From Podarcis cretensis (lineage: Eukaryota): a stretch of DNA of 64,000 nucleotides. The stretch spans positions 39,432,001 to 39,496,000 of the forward strand of contig OX638155.1 of assembly GCA_951804945.1 (NCBI GenBank), in the 5' to 3' direction. Numbering within the stretch: position 1 is the first letter of the stretch; every line of letters begins with the position of its first letter. Under the pieces are notes generated by a model. That model had not been told where the DNA came from and did no database searches. It was given only the letters and a program-made list of their open reading frames with translations. Positions 37,770 to 48,850 of the stretch are shown here, piece after piece. A program made the position numbers and the translations under genes.

Positions 37770-38400
37770 GGCACCTGCTCAATGCCTGCCGGTTGAAGGC
37801 CAGCAAATTGAAATGGTATTCAGACAAGATGGGGTAACATGTGTGCCAGGTGCATGAGCTCATGAAGTGAAGAGTCAACCATTCGGGGGTGTGGGACTGT
37901 ACATTCCTGAGAAAAGCAGGTCATATGTTTGGGGTGCTCCTTGATCCAGCATTTCCATGAGTCCCAGGTGGCCTCAGTGATTAGGAGTGCCTACTTCTGG
38001 CTTTGGCTAGGACACACTTCCTGGAACAAGATGACTTGGACAGCAGCCATGTTTTGGTAACCTCCAGACTGGACTATTGCAATGCACAATACATGGGGCT
38101 TCCTTTGAAGATGTTTTCGAAGCTGCAGCTAGTGCAAAATGCAGTAACTAGACTGTTGAGTGGCACAGCTGGTAAGTCTCATTTTGTCCCAGATCTCTGA
38201 GAAATGCACTTGTTCCTATTAGCAGGAGAGGTATTTTTGATGTTGCAACCCTCAGGGAACTGAGTGACAGTAGTGTGTGAGAGAGACTCTTCTGTGGTGG
38301 CCCCCAAAGTTTTTAATACCCTGCCTTGGATGCATGCCTGGTCCCAACATTGGGAATTTTCAGGCAACATGTAAGGTGTCTAGCTTTGTACAGAATTTGG
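37770..38400 (+). mobile_element. L2 ORF2 C-terminal fragment
   Basis: HVLVTSRLDYCNAQYMGLPLKMFSKLQLVQNAVTRLLSG matches the L2 SRLDYCN...LQLVQNAAARL motif. A downstream FSVVAP-like segment is present. Confidence 0.85.
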
Positions 38401-40027
38401 AGGATGTGCAATGTTTCATTACTTTCTATGTATGATTTCATTGGTTGGCTGCTGTTTTGAAGCTGGATCTTGATTGCTGTCTATTGAAGCTGTTACAAAC
38501 CCATCTTGCTTATGGGAAGTACCACCAAATGTTACTGCAAAATGATGAGTACAAGTCCAAAACCACTTGATGACCACAAAAGAACTTTATTTTGCTTTGC
38601 ATCTTCAATAACACAACTTCATGACAACTTGCCCTATGGAGTAATCATCTAGATCATTGTCATGTAAAAATGTGTGGTCCAGTAGGAGATAAAGACATGT
38701 AAAATTGACTTTTTTGGTCCACTAGAGTGAACTTGCCATAGCAAATTTCATTCTTTGTTCTGGTACACATCCAACAATAGCAGCATTCATCTCAATTTGC
38801 ACTGTCACAACAGTGAGAAGGTTTGGGCCTGCTGATGTATTTGTGTCTAAGAATTATTTATAGCCTGTTGCTGAAATAGCATTATTTTTCAAAATGGGTA
38901 AGATGATGTTGCCCCCACTTTTCTTAGATGATGGATGGTGAAACAAACAGGGGAGGTTGGAAATGCATGAACATCAAGCATTTTAGCATTACAGTGATAT
39001 CCACAGTGGAGGTTCGACTCCATTTTTTAAAACAATATGAACTAATATTAATGGTACTTACAGTGAACATGTAGAATAGCTTTCAGTGATTCAGAATTGC
39101 TGCTCTGTACCCACCATCGTGTGGAAATTATTATTGCAATGGCAGTATGCGGATAACATACTAATGTTTCCAGATCCAAACTCTGGGGGGAGAATATTTT
39201 CGAAAGCTTCATAGAAGGGTAATTATTCTTTCCAAACACTGCAGCACTTTCTGTGATGGAAAAAGCTGCACCTGATCAATATCTTTTCTACACTACTCAT
39301 AAAGGTGCAGGAGCCTTCTCAAGTTCTGGATCTGATGGCATCAGAAATTTTGTCACTCCATATTCCTAGACCTGAATGATTCAAAGTCGCCCTTCTGCAC
39401 TGTTTCAGACATTCAGCTGTTGATGTAATGAAGATTTTCTAGCATATATTTAATGGAGGCAGTTAGCTGATGTTTCACTGATATAGTAGGCCTTCTGCTA
39501 TTGACCAGTGGCTTATGGTTTTCAAGTATAGGACTGCACCCTTAATTTCCTAAGAAAATTTAATCTTGTACATCCTATAAACTGCTATTTTTAGTTGTAT
39601 TAAATATCCTGGAAAGGACTCTAAGTAGAAGCTATCTTTAGAATACTTACAGCAGGTATAAATCTAGTACAGAGCAATAGATAGTGCATCCAGAACTTCA
39701 AAAAGTATAAAAGTTTAAAAACGTTGACAGTTGACTCAAATGCCTCTATGAGATCTACAAGCTATTTGTTACTTAGTAAGCACAAGATATAGATAGACTT
39801 GATAGCTGCACTATATCCAGGATATTTACTAAAACTGGCATGAGAAACCTGTGGCTCTCTTGAGGTTGTTGGACTACAACTCCTGTCACGCCGAACCACA
39901 GGGCACACTGGCTGGGCCTGGTAAGAGCTAGAGTCCAACAACCCCAGGTTCCCCATCTCTGCTCTACAGAAACAAATCCAAAGTTGAAGGGAAACTGCAT
40001 TGTTGAAAGAAGCCATGGAAAGGACAG

Positions 40028-40091
40028 AAGGAAGGAAGGAAGGAAGGAAGGAAGGAAGGAAGGAAGGAAGGAAGGAAGGAAGGAAGGAAGG
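40028..40091. repeat. (GGAA)n microsatellite
   Basis: Read directly from the sequence. Confidence 0.95.
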
Positions 40092-40622
40092 ATAAATAGT
40101 AACATCAGTACAAAGTTCAGGAAAACAGTGGCTTTATTCCTGATTTATTTTGATTTGATTTATTTAAATGCATATGTTTTATTGTGGAGTGGGTACTTTT
40201 AGGGCAGAGGATAAGGAAGGCTATGCTTAGCCAATCTCCAAGTAGTGTTCAGGAGTTAATTTAAGGTGACGTGGGAGATGAGCTACTAAGTACTAGTGTC
40301 AAGGAGTTAATTAGGTTCAACATCCTAAGGGAAAACAAATTACTAGAAGTGTCAGAGTGGCACTAATTTTTATAAGTGATGGATTCAATAAAGTGTATGG
40401 AAAAGACAAAGTAGCCATATAGGGTTTTTTAAAAAGTCATAACAAACGCATAATCTTTCCATTGGTAATGCCCATAGCACTTCCGAATCAACTGACTAGC
40501 TTTCAGGAGATATGAACGCAGCTCAGCTCTTGATCACCAGAATGAGGACTAATGGAAATGTTTGCTAATACAAAATAAAAGACTGCAAATCCCATTTCCT
40601 CTTTCTCCCTTTTCCCCTGCAG

Positions 40623-40894
40623 ATTGGAGAGATACCGCTTTCAATACAACTACACTTTTACCCAGAAAACACCCAGAGCAGAAATTGCTAGATGTCGCTG
40701 TTCAAAGTGCTATTGATTTGTCAGCGGAGTAAACGGATCTTTCCGGAATGATGGTACAAAGACAACATCAAACATTTAGCTTTCCTTGTGAATCATGCTG
40801 GTCTGTGTAGTCATACTTCTTCTAAGACCAGTTATGTTCCACTGATATAATACATACAATCTATCATTACTGATACACCCCAAATTCAAATGAG
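40623..40894 (+). other. Candidate exon (probably non-coding or stop-containing)
   Basis: Strong acceptor TTTCCTCTTTCTCCCTTTTCCCCTGCAG (AG 40621-40622) and consensus donor GAG|GTGAGT (40895) in repeat-free sequence. All three frames contain stops. Confidence 0.35.
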
Positions 40895-41400
40895 GTGAGT
40901 ATATTTCTTTTCTAGAGAGTAGCTGCAGAGATTTTCACTGTAATAAGTTTAATAACTACCTTCATATCACTTTATCAATTCATGCAGTATAAAGGGGGGG
41001 ATGTTTCTATACTGCCATTTCCATCATCCCTGACCATGAATATGCTAGCTGGGGCTGATGGGAGTTGGAGTCCAGTGATGTCTGGAAAGCCACAGGTTCT
41101 CCATCCCTGTTGTGTAATAACTCAGGGAAAGTCTGAAAGGATCCATCAGTAGCTCACAGCCCACTGAAGATAAGGCTTCCACAGTTCAAAACTGGAATTG
41201 CAACAGGGGCGGGTGGGTTCATGGATGAAAACAATGGATAATGGTACACTTATTCTATGTTGGGTGTTGTTACTCAGCAATCCACCATTGTGCCACTCCA
41301 GGGGGCACCAGCCAACAACCCTCTCTCTCAGCTGAACTGAGCCATCCGCAGTCTGGCTTCGCATGTTCTAGGCTAAATCACACAAAGTAACAGAGCTTCA

Positions 41401-41779
41401 GGGGACGCAGGTGGCGCTGTGGGTAAAAGCCTCAGCGCCTAGGGCTTACCGATCGAAAGGTGGGCGGTTCGAATCCCTGCAGCGGGGTGCACTCCCGTCG
41501 TTCGGTCCCAGCGCCTGCCAACCTAGCAGTTCGAAAGCACCCTCGGGTGCAAGTAGATAAATAGGGACCGCTTACTAGCGGGAAGGTAAACGGCGTTTCC
41601 GTGTGCGGCTCTGGCTCTGGCTCTGGCTCTGGCCAGAGCAGCGATGTCACGCTGGCCACGTGACCCGGAAGTGTCTCCGGACAGCGCTGGCCCCTGGCCT
41701 CTTAAGTGAGATGGGCGCACAACCCCAGAGTCTGTCAAGACTGGCCCGTACGGGCAGGGGTACCTTTACCTTTACCTTT
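41401..41779 (+). mobile_element. Sauria SINE, young CpG-rich subfamily
   Basis: Intact head and B-box GGTTCGAATCC, internal (GGCTCT)n expansion and (ACCTTT)n tail. Perfect 13-bp TSD TAACAGAGCTTCA at 41388-41400 and 41780-41792. Confidence 0.95.
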
Positions 41780-42635
41780 TAACAGAGCTTCATCTCTCTG
41801 CTGGATTGCTGAGGAAAATAGGCCAAATAAGGCTAACACCACACTTATATAGGTCAATGCAAGCCCTGCTCTGATCAGCCACACTGTGACTGTGCCTCCG
41901 CCTCAAACTCCAAAGGGTGGAAGTTTTCAGGCTTCATCCCACTGGTGCACATGGAAAAGTGGGATTCTGAAAAGCAGTAATGTCATCAGATGTAGTATCT
42001 GATAATTTTCTATATACATTACCTACCAATTATTTGCTGGGTGAGAAATGTAATAAATCATTTGTTTGTGATTGCTGTCTAATTGGGCCACATAGACTAC
42101 TTCTTCAATAAAATGCAAATGCATGGCATACTGTGTTTGATCGAAACTACCAAAAAAAAAAAGCAAAACCAGCTTCTAATCATTGAACTTAGTTAGAGGC
42201 AGAGTTCCTCTCCCCTTTTTTGCATTGCTATAAATGAGCACAAGAAAAAGAAATTCACAATAAGAACAGCAGGAAATCCACTAAAACACCACAATGACTG
42301 CAAGCGTGCTTATCTGTACTATTACTATGGGAATATTTTCCTTTGTATGTAGTTGAAACTGCTCATTTATCTCAGCAATCTCAGTCAGCAGAGCTCATTT
42401 TGAAGTTCTTCATGCTATGATGTGTTAACATATTGTCATCTCTTATACTGCTTGAACAGTATTTAGGCCAAGAGATGTGCTGATTTGTTAATGAATTCAT
42501 TTTCTCAACCTCTAAACTTGGTTTCTTGTTAAGTATCATGTTAAGTATAATGACTTGAGCACAGACAATGAATGTCACAAAATAACACATGTTTTTCCTC
42601 TGATGTGTGCTGCCATTTTAAGGGTCTGTCTTATT

Positions 42636-42636
<1 letters not shown>

Positions 42637-42669
<33 letters not shown>
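42637..42669. repeat. (TTAG)n microsatellite
   Basis: Read directly from the sequence. Confidence 0.9.
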
Positions 42670-42670
<1 letters not shown>

Positions 42671-42896
42671 ATCCATCAATAAAATCAATAACATCAATCA
42701 GTGACTTACTTATGTAGGTTCCTTATGTAAGTACTTTGCTTAGCCTATGTAAACAGGGAACCATTGTTCATAGATGGTTGCATTTGTGACTTTGGATGAT
42801 GCCTTTGATAGAATAGTTTTATTAGCCCAGTGTTCTCAGAACAGTTCTTTGGGTAGGAGGGAGCTTAAGTTGTAGCAACATTCCTGAAATCAGAAT

Positions 42897-43757
42897 TGCG
42901 TGGACAGGCGGAGTCCCCAGATCCCATGCGGTCCCCCCATCATGTGGAATAACAACTCAAGACAACGTGCTATGGGATTAAATTGGCCACAACTTTATTA
43001 AATTTCAAATGTGGGTAGACCTTGGCTCAGGCATTGGGCGTTCTCCCTCCCCAGTCCCCAGCCGGGGACCTAGGGAGCATCAGGGTTATCCAGTGTGGGG
43101 GGGGATGGGCCGGCTCTGGAGAACATATGTTCAAGCAGAGATAGCCGCCCCCGTTACGCCGCCGCCGCAGGGGAGAGCAATGACGACCTTTCGGCGTACG
43201 GCCAAAGCCTCCCTTCATAAAACCCCTTTAACGGGAAACCCTGGTATCGCCGCCGCAAAGAGGAAGATGGACTAAAGGATTCCGCCCAAGGCCTGATACC
43301 GCCAAAGTTGTGACGTTTTGCTACGGGAAAGGCGAAACCTGCCAATGTAGGGAAATTCCTTTCCGGCCCTTTAACAGCGACCTTAACGTAGCAGCGCCCG
43401 CATACCTGTGAAGAAAAGTTAACCTGCAAAACCTGTGAAGAAAAGTTAACCTGCAAAATAAGACATTAACTGAGGGTGGGTAGGGTGGGAGAAGCTCTGG
43501 AGCCAAGTGAGGATTCCCAGGTAAGATCCTCCCTCTATTGTGTGGGCAGGTAATCCCTCCCCTACCTGGCCTGGTCTCCTTGGCAACGCTTCCCCCAGGT
43601 GGGATTGGACAACTGGCTGAGGTAGGCGGAGACCTTCAGGTATCCCACCTGAGGGAAGGCAAAGCCAAGCCTATGCTGTTGGAGCCGCTCCAGATCTAGG
43701 GGCTGCACGCGTCCACGCAAAGGGCGCCCCCCCCCCCGTTTTAAGCGGGAGCGGTCA
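42897..43757 (-). mobile_element. GC/CpG-rich LTR-like element, unclassified
   Basis: TG...CA unit 42897-43719 with 10-bp inverted ends TTGCGTGGAC (42896-42905) / GTCCACGCAA (43711-43720). Minus-strand AATAAA (42994-42999) lies ~100 bp from the 3' end, and a PPT-like AAAACG(n) tract lies just upstream on the minus strand. 27-bp tandem duplication at 43404-43457. No TSD found. Confidence 0.6.
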
Positions 43758-44531
43758 TTAGCATTTTAGGTCCAAAAATGTATGCTGTATGTTTTTTATA
43801 TCTATACCCATTTCTGAAGAACTCAAATATATGTGGTTAGACAGTGAAGACAATTGCATTCCCTAACTTTAGTGTTCTCCAGTTGTTTTGGACTACAATT
43901 ACCATCCCCATAACTGCTGGCTACCTGCCTAGGGCTGATGAAAGTTTTTGTTCAAAACGTTAGCAGCGAGGGAAGATTGGCATACTGTCTGTTCTTGGTG
44001 ATGGGGTTAAGTCTAATGGTCAGTGGGTTCTAGTCTAAACTTACCATGAGTCCCACTAGTTTCTGGCCCAGCACTCCAAGCAGTGATGGGTCTCTCAGCA
44101 TAGCAACCATTTTAATTTCCCAAAATGCCCCTGATGTAATGCTCCTGGGAATGGTGTCTAGATCCAGCTGCCCCATTCTGTTTAAAGTGCTCCACGCAGT
44201 GCTGCTGCTGCCCAATGTCAAGTAAGGCAACCCAGGTCTACTGATGAAGGAATAGGCCTGCCAGAGGGCACCCTCAAAGCTAGAGTGCCCTCAGAACTAA
44301 AGTAATACATCTCTATTAGAACCATAGGAACAGCCTGCTAGATCAGATCAGTGGCCCTTTGCGTCCATCATCCTGTTCTCACAGTGGCTGGCCTGATGTA
44401 AGCATGCTTGCAGGAAGCTCCTGAGGGGAAACCTTCAGGAAGGACCAGGGTATGATGACACACTCCTATCCCTCATGAAGAGTACAACATACCTACTTGC
44501 CACAGCAACTGAGGAGGCAAGTATATGTCAC

Positions 44532-44976
44532 TGTGGCATTTGCCCTTTTTTAAAAAAAATGTCTGTACAGGGGGAGAGAAAGAGTTAATAGGTAGGCCAA
44601 TAGAAAAGCCAGAGGCAGAGCCTATCTGTTTATAAAAGGGCTTAGCCCAAGGTTTGGGTTGGTTGGTTGGTTGGTTGGTTAAACAGTTGGCAGATAGTTG
44701 GAAATAGAGAGACAGTTAATGCAGTTGGTTTTTGTGTGAGGGAGGTAGAAGAGTTAGAGACAGGATAAAATAAGACTAAAAAGGTAAGGAGTAACAACGT
44801 TTTGAATGCAGTTATAGTTTATTTGTGTTTGCAATAAACTACACTCTTCTTTGTTAACTTAAGAACCTGACTGAGACTAAGTGATTTAACGGGGAGGACC
44901 TGGTTGGTGACAGTGGATTAGTGGTGTACAGGTCAATAGTCCGTGAGATGACCAGGGGCTCTGTACGAACGCCACA
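44532..44976 (+). mobile_element. Solo LTR (Gypsy-like, 445 bp)
   Basis: TGTGGC...GCCACA termini and 5-bp TSD GTCAC/ATCAC (1 mismatch). CCAAT (44597), TATAAAA (44631) and AATAAA (44833) occur in U3-R-U5 order. Confidence 0.8.
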
Positions 44977-45169
44977 ATCACCAACTTCACAATTATATGA
45001 TTATATGACACAACTAGCAAAGGAACAGGTGGGAAGAGCTGTGGTTGGCTCTCACTGCATCATTGGATTCTACATTCTGTGGCCTGTATCTGGGTTGTGT
45101 AGTGATTGCCACAACTCCAAGCTGTCATCAGTCAATTATCACTAGCAGACACGTAGACCTTTTATCTGC

Positions 45170-45470
45170 TTCTTCTTGTTGTTGTTGGCATCCATCTTTC
45201 TTGAAAGACAATAAAGTGCAAACTGCTGTAGAATCACAGTGACTTTTGTGGCTGCAGAGACTGGTAACTCGTAACTGTTGCCTCCTGCATGGTTTTTGCT
45301 ATGCTAGCAGCACTGAAGTGACTTCTCCAGGACACAAGCCCAGGCAGCGTAAATGGAGGTCCGGGGCTGCCCAGGTGAGAAGGCTCCCCTCTTGCCCTCA
45401 CTGATGTGGTCCAAAGGAAAGCAGAGCAATACATCTGGCACCAGCTTGGCTGCAGGAGTTGCCAGGAGGA
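45170..45470 (-). mobile_element. Short RTE-related non-autonomous element (5' UTR joined to 3' tail)
   Basis: (CAA)n-type tail (plus TTGTTGTTGTTGGCATCC...AAAGACAAT) joined to an RTE-5'UTR-like segment (CCAAAGGAAAGCAGAGCAATAC...GGCACCAGCTTGGCTGCAGGAGTTGCC). A shorter copy is at ~2075-2138. Confidence 0.55.
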
Positions 45471-47216
45471 AGCATGCAAGTCCAGCCCTGCTCCTCATCT
45501 CTCAGGACAGAACAGTCTGTACATCTATACTTCAGTTATAAAGCACAGTCCATAGCATATAAATTTATATCACAAAACTTCAGTTCCTACAGTTACCATC
45601 ATATTTTGTCCCTTACAAGGCCCTGTCTCCTTAAGGTCGCTAGGTCAGTTGTTCAGATACCCCAGTGGGTCCAGAGATCCCTTAATGGTCCCACAGTATA
45701 CCACTGACACCACCAGTGTGGACAATTCTGGACTGGATGGACAGAGAGTCTGGCATTGTACAAGGCAGCTTCAAATGTTTTTGTGACAAGTGAAAATGAT
45801 ATGACAGCATGGACAGGAGTACTTCCAGGACAGTGTCAGATACTGGCAGATTATCAATGCTACTAATCTCTCTGTTCATTCCCTGTCCACTGTGACTCTC
45901 CAGAACATTTTTTCAAAGATGTAAAAGCTTCACCCTGCTGCAGAAGAAATATGTTTAACTCAGAGACAGTAAAAGGTAGAGAAGACTAATGCAGTGGTAT
46001 AAAAAAAAATCCTTGGGTCTGAGGGAGTTTGCCAATCGACTTCAGATTTACTCAGACCAGAGTATGAAATGTTAATGCTTGGAGAGAGAGAAACAGATGA
46101 ATAAAACCTATCTCCACCACTGACAAACCTGAGAAAACATGAACAGATCTTTAAAGATTCCCTTGAGAATGATTATCTCTCATAGCTTTTGACTGTCTGC
46201 TCTGATAACATAATACTGCTGCATGGTTTACAGTATTTCAGATGGTCTGGAGTGAAGGCAAAGAAAGTGCTTTAATAACCAAAAGAATGAGACCTTGAGC
46301 CTATGCTTGGAAAACAGGTCTACAATTCCAGACAGATCTGTTGACTGGGATGTAATGTAGCTTGGTGGATGTAGTCTTTGAGAAATGCAGTTTTTAGATC
46401 TACCCTTTCCATAGTGACTCAGTGGGAGGTCATGCTGCCTTCAAACATGGAGATCTGGAATCCAAAAACATCTTTCCACTTACCCTCAAAACATTCTCTG
46501 GTTAACTTCACCTTCTACACTTGATACAACCAGCTTCACAGCCTCCTTCACTTCATTTCTCTAAACAAACACAATAGGGTCATCATACACTACACTAACT
46601 TTTGAATCCTCCCTTTATTTTTAACAACATTTGATTCCTTTATAGGGCTTGTGTAACCCACAGTCCTTTCCCACACATCAGTACGGTATATAATGCTGAA
46701 TTTTATTGCCATCGGGTGAGAGGTTCTCAAAACATTCTAAAACACAAGAAGTCATCATAACCACCACATTTTGTGTGATAATGAAAGAGCACCTGAGTTA
46801 GAAAGATCATTAATTCCTGTCTTTACTGTTAACCTTTCATATTTTGGGTTGACACACTGCTCTCCCACCCCATATCACAGTTACACTAAAATCCTGGGTA
46901 CCTGTATTGTTTTCTATGCAGCCACCACATCTCCACTCAGCGAGACCAACAGAAAACGCTCAAAAATAAAAATAAAAATGAACCAAGAAAATCCTCCTGT
47001 AGAAATGAGTGTTTCACTCTAGCATTCTCTTTGCCTAAAAAGGTAGCTCTGCTTTTTCAAATGTCAGCAATTGCTATGGGTTCATTCATTGGCTAAAAAC
47101 GTTGAAAGGTAGGAACATGCTGCTTTCTCATAGAACGCATGGGGACAATAGTACCTGCACATTTTGCCTTAGTTCTTAGACTCAACAAGTGCTAGAAACA
47201 TTATGCCAATAAAGGC

Positions 47217-47264
47217 TGAATGAATGAATGGATGAATGAATGAATGAATGAATGAATGAATGAA
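47217..47264. repeat. (GAAT)n microsatellite
   Basis: Read directly from the sequence. Confidence 0.9.
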
Positions 47265-47545
47265 GTGCTAGAAACTTATTTCAAAAGGAAGGAAGGAAGA
47301 CTGAGAATTACAGCTCACCTGGGAGGGTGCAGGTCTCTTCCCCCTCCCCCCATCCTGATGCCAATCATTGCATTCAGGAGTGCCAAACTGAATAAAATAT
47401 GGCGGGGAGGGGAGTAAGCCCTACCCCACACAATAGATCTCATGATATGGTGCACGCACACCATTTAAATGGCAGTGCCCATCAACTTTAGGGGCCCGGA
47501 CACCTCAAATATTTTGGGGGAGGGTTGAATGGACCTTGGCCCCTT

Positions 47546-47706
47546 NNNNNNNNNNNNNNNNNNNNNNNNNNNNNNNNNNNNNNNNNNNNNNNNNNNNNNN
47601 NNNNNNNNNNNNNNNNNNNNNNNNNNNNNNNNNNNNNNNNNNNNNNNNNNNNNNNNNNNNNNNNNNNNNNNNNNNNNNNNNNNNNNNNNNNNNNNNNNNN
47701 NNNNNN
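47546..47706. other. Assembly gap (161 N)
   Basis: Run of N. Confidence 1.
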
Positions 47707-48299
47707 CGTTCTGAGTTCAGTGCAACATAAATATTAACAGTGTAAATTGCATATCTACTCAGAAGCATACCCATGCTTTGAGCAATGATACATTTTGCAA
47801 CCTTGGGTAGCCACACATTTTATAAGACAAAGTCAATATTTGCCCTTCATCCCCCAAATAACTTTAAACTGAGACTAAGTGAACACATACATTCAAATTT
47901 GGGAAGGTGTAGCTGAGCTGTTTTGCTAATTAGGCTCAGCCCCTACAGCGCATGCTTGTTCTTGGCATTCCTTGAAAATTCCCTGATAGGGAAGCAGTGG
48001 TGTGTTCTTAGTAGGAAGGAAATGTAAGATATTAGTAGTACTGCCAGCATTAGCAAAGGAGAATATGCTTGGAAACAAACCGTCAAGGCTGTGGGTTAGG
48101 GTAGAATGGACGCAGAGCACCTTCTCTGCATATTGCATGTAGGTGCATGTAGTCATGTTTGTGAGTGGTGAAGGCAGACAGATGATGTGCGGTATGTGTG
48201 GGTTAAGGAAGTGGGGTGTATAATGTAGTACAGCAGAGAAACCTCATGTCCCTAATCCACGCCTGGGGATAAGTGCAGCCCTCCATCTCCCTGTGTGTC

Positions 48300-48850
48300 A
48301 AGTGTGTACAGGGTGATGCTTAATTCCGTTTGCTTCAGCAAATCCAGGGAGATGCATTATTTAATGTCAATCTTTTATGACATCTTTTCTTCAGAAGGCC
48401 TGTCTCTGGCAGCACTTTGCAGCTTACAAGAGAATCCTGCCATAAATGGGAAAGTATTACAGTGCATTAGCCACCGTAAAATGTACCATAAAGGTGATTA
48501 TTTTGAAGATCAGGGCTAGTTGTGTTCACAGCTATCATTCTTCCTCCTTTTTCCAGTCCCCTAATTTAGAAGATTTGTTGCAGCCACTCTTTGCCAAAAC
48601 AGGTTTCTGCAGCAGCCACAGGAGAGAGGGGAAAAGGGGGGAGCATTTATTACATTCTGCCCGAGACATAACGGGGTTAATAATGTTTGATAAGCCTGTG
48701 CAATGTAAAGAGTAAAAAGAACTGATGCATTTTTAAAGGGATTGTCGGTCCCATTTGAGACTGAAGCAACAGTCGCCCAGAGAACTCTGTCACTAAAGTC
48801 TTGTCATTAATGATGATTTATGGATATGGATATTCACAACAGCTGTGTCC
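48300..48850. promoter_or_regulatory. Candidate developmental enhancer / conserved non-coding element
   Basis: Repeat-free block with Pbx-Hox TGATTTATGG (48814-48823) beside Meis-type CTGTCA (48787) and TTGTCA (48801), plus posterior Hox/Cdx-type TTTTATGAC (48373), CCATAAA (48440, 48486) and TTTATTAC (48646). Confidence 0.5.

Noticed and set aside
47505-47816. ORFs spanning the gap
   Set aside because: Artefacts of N bases.
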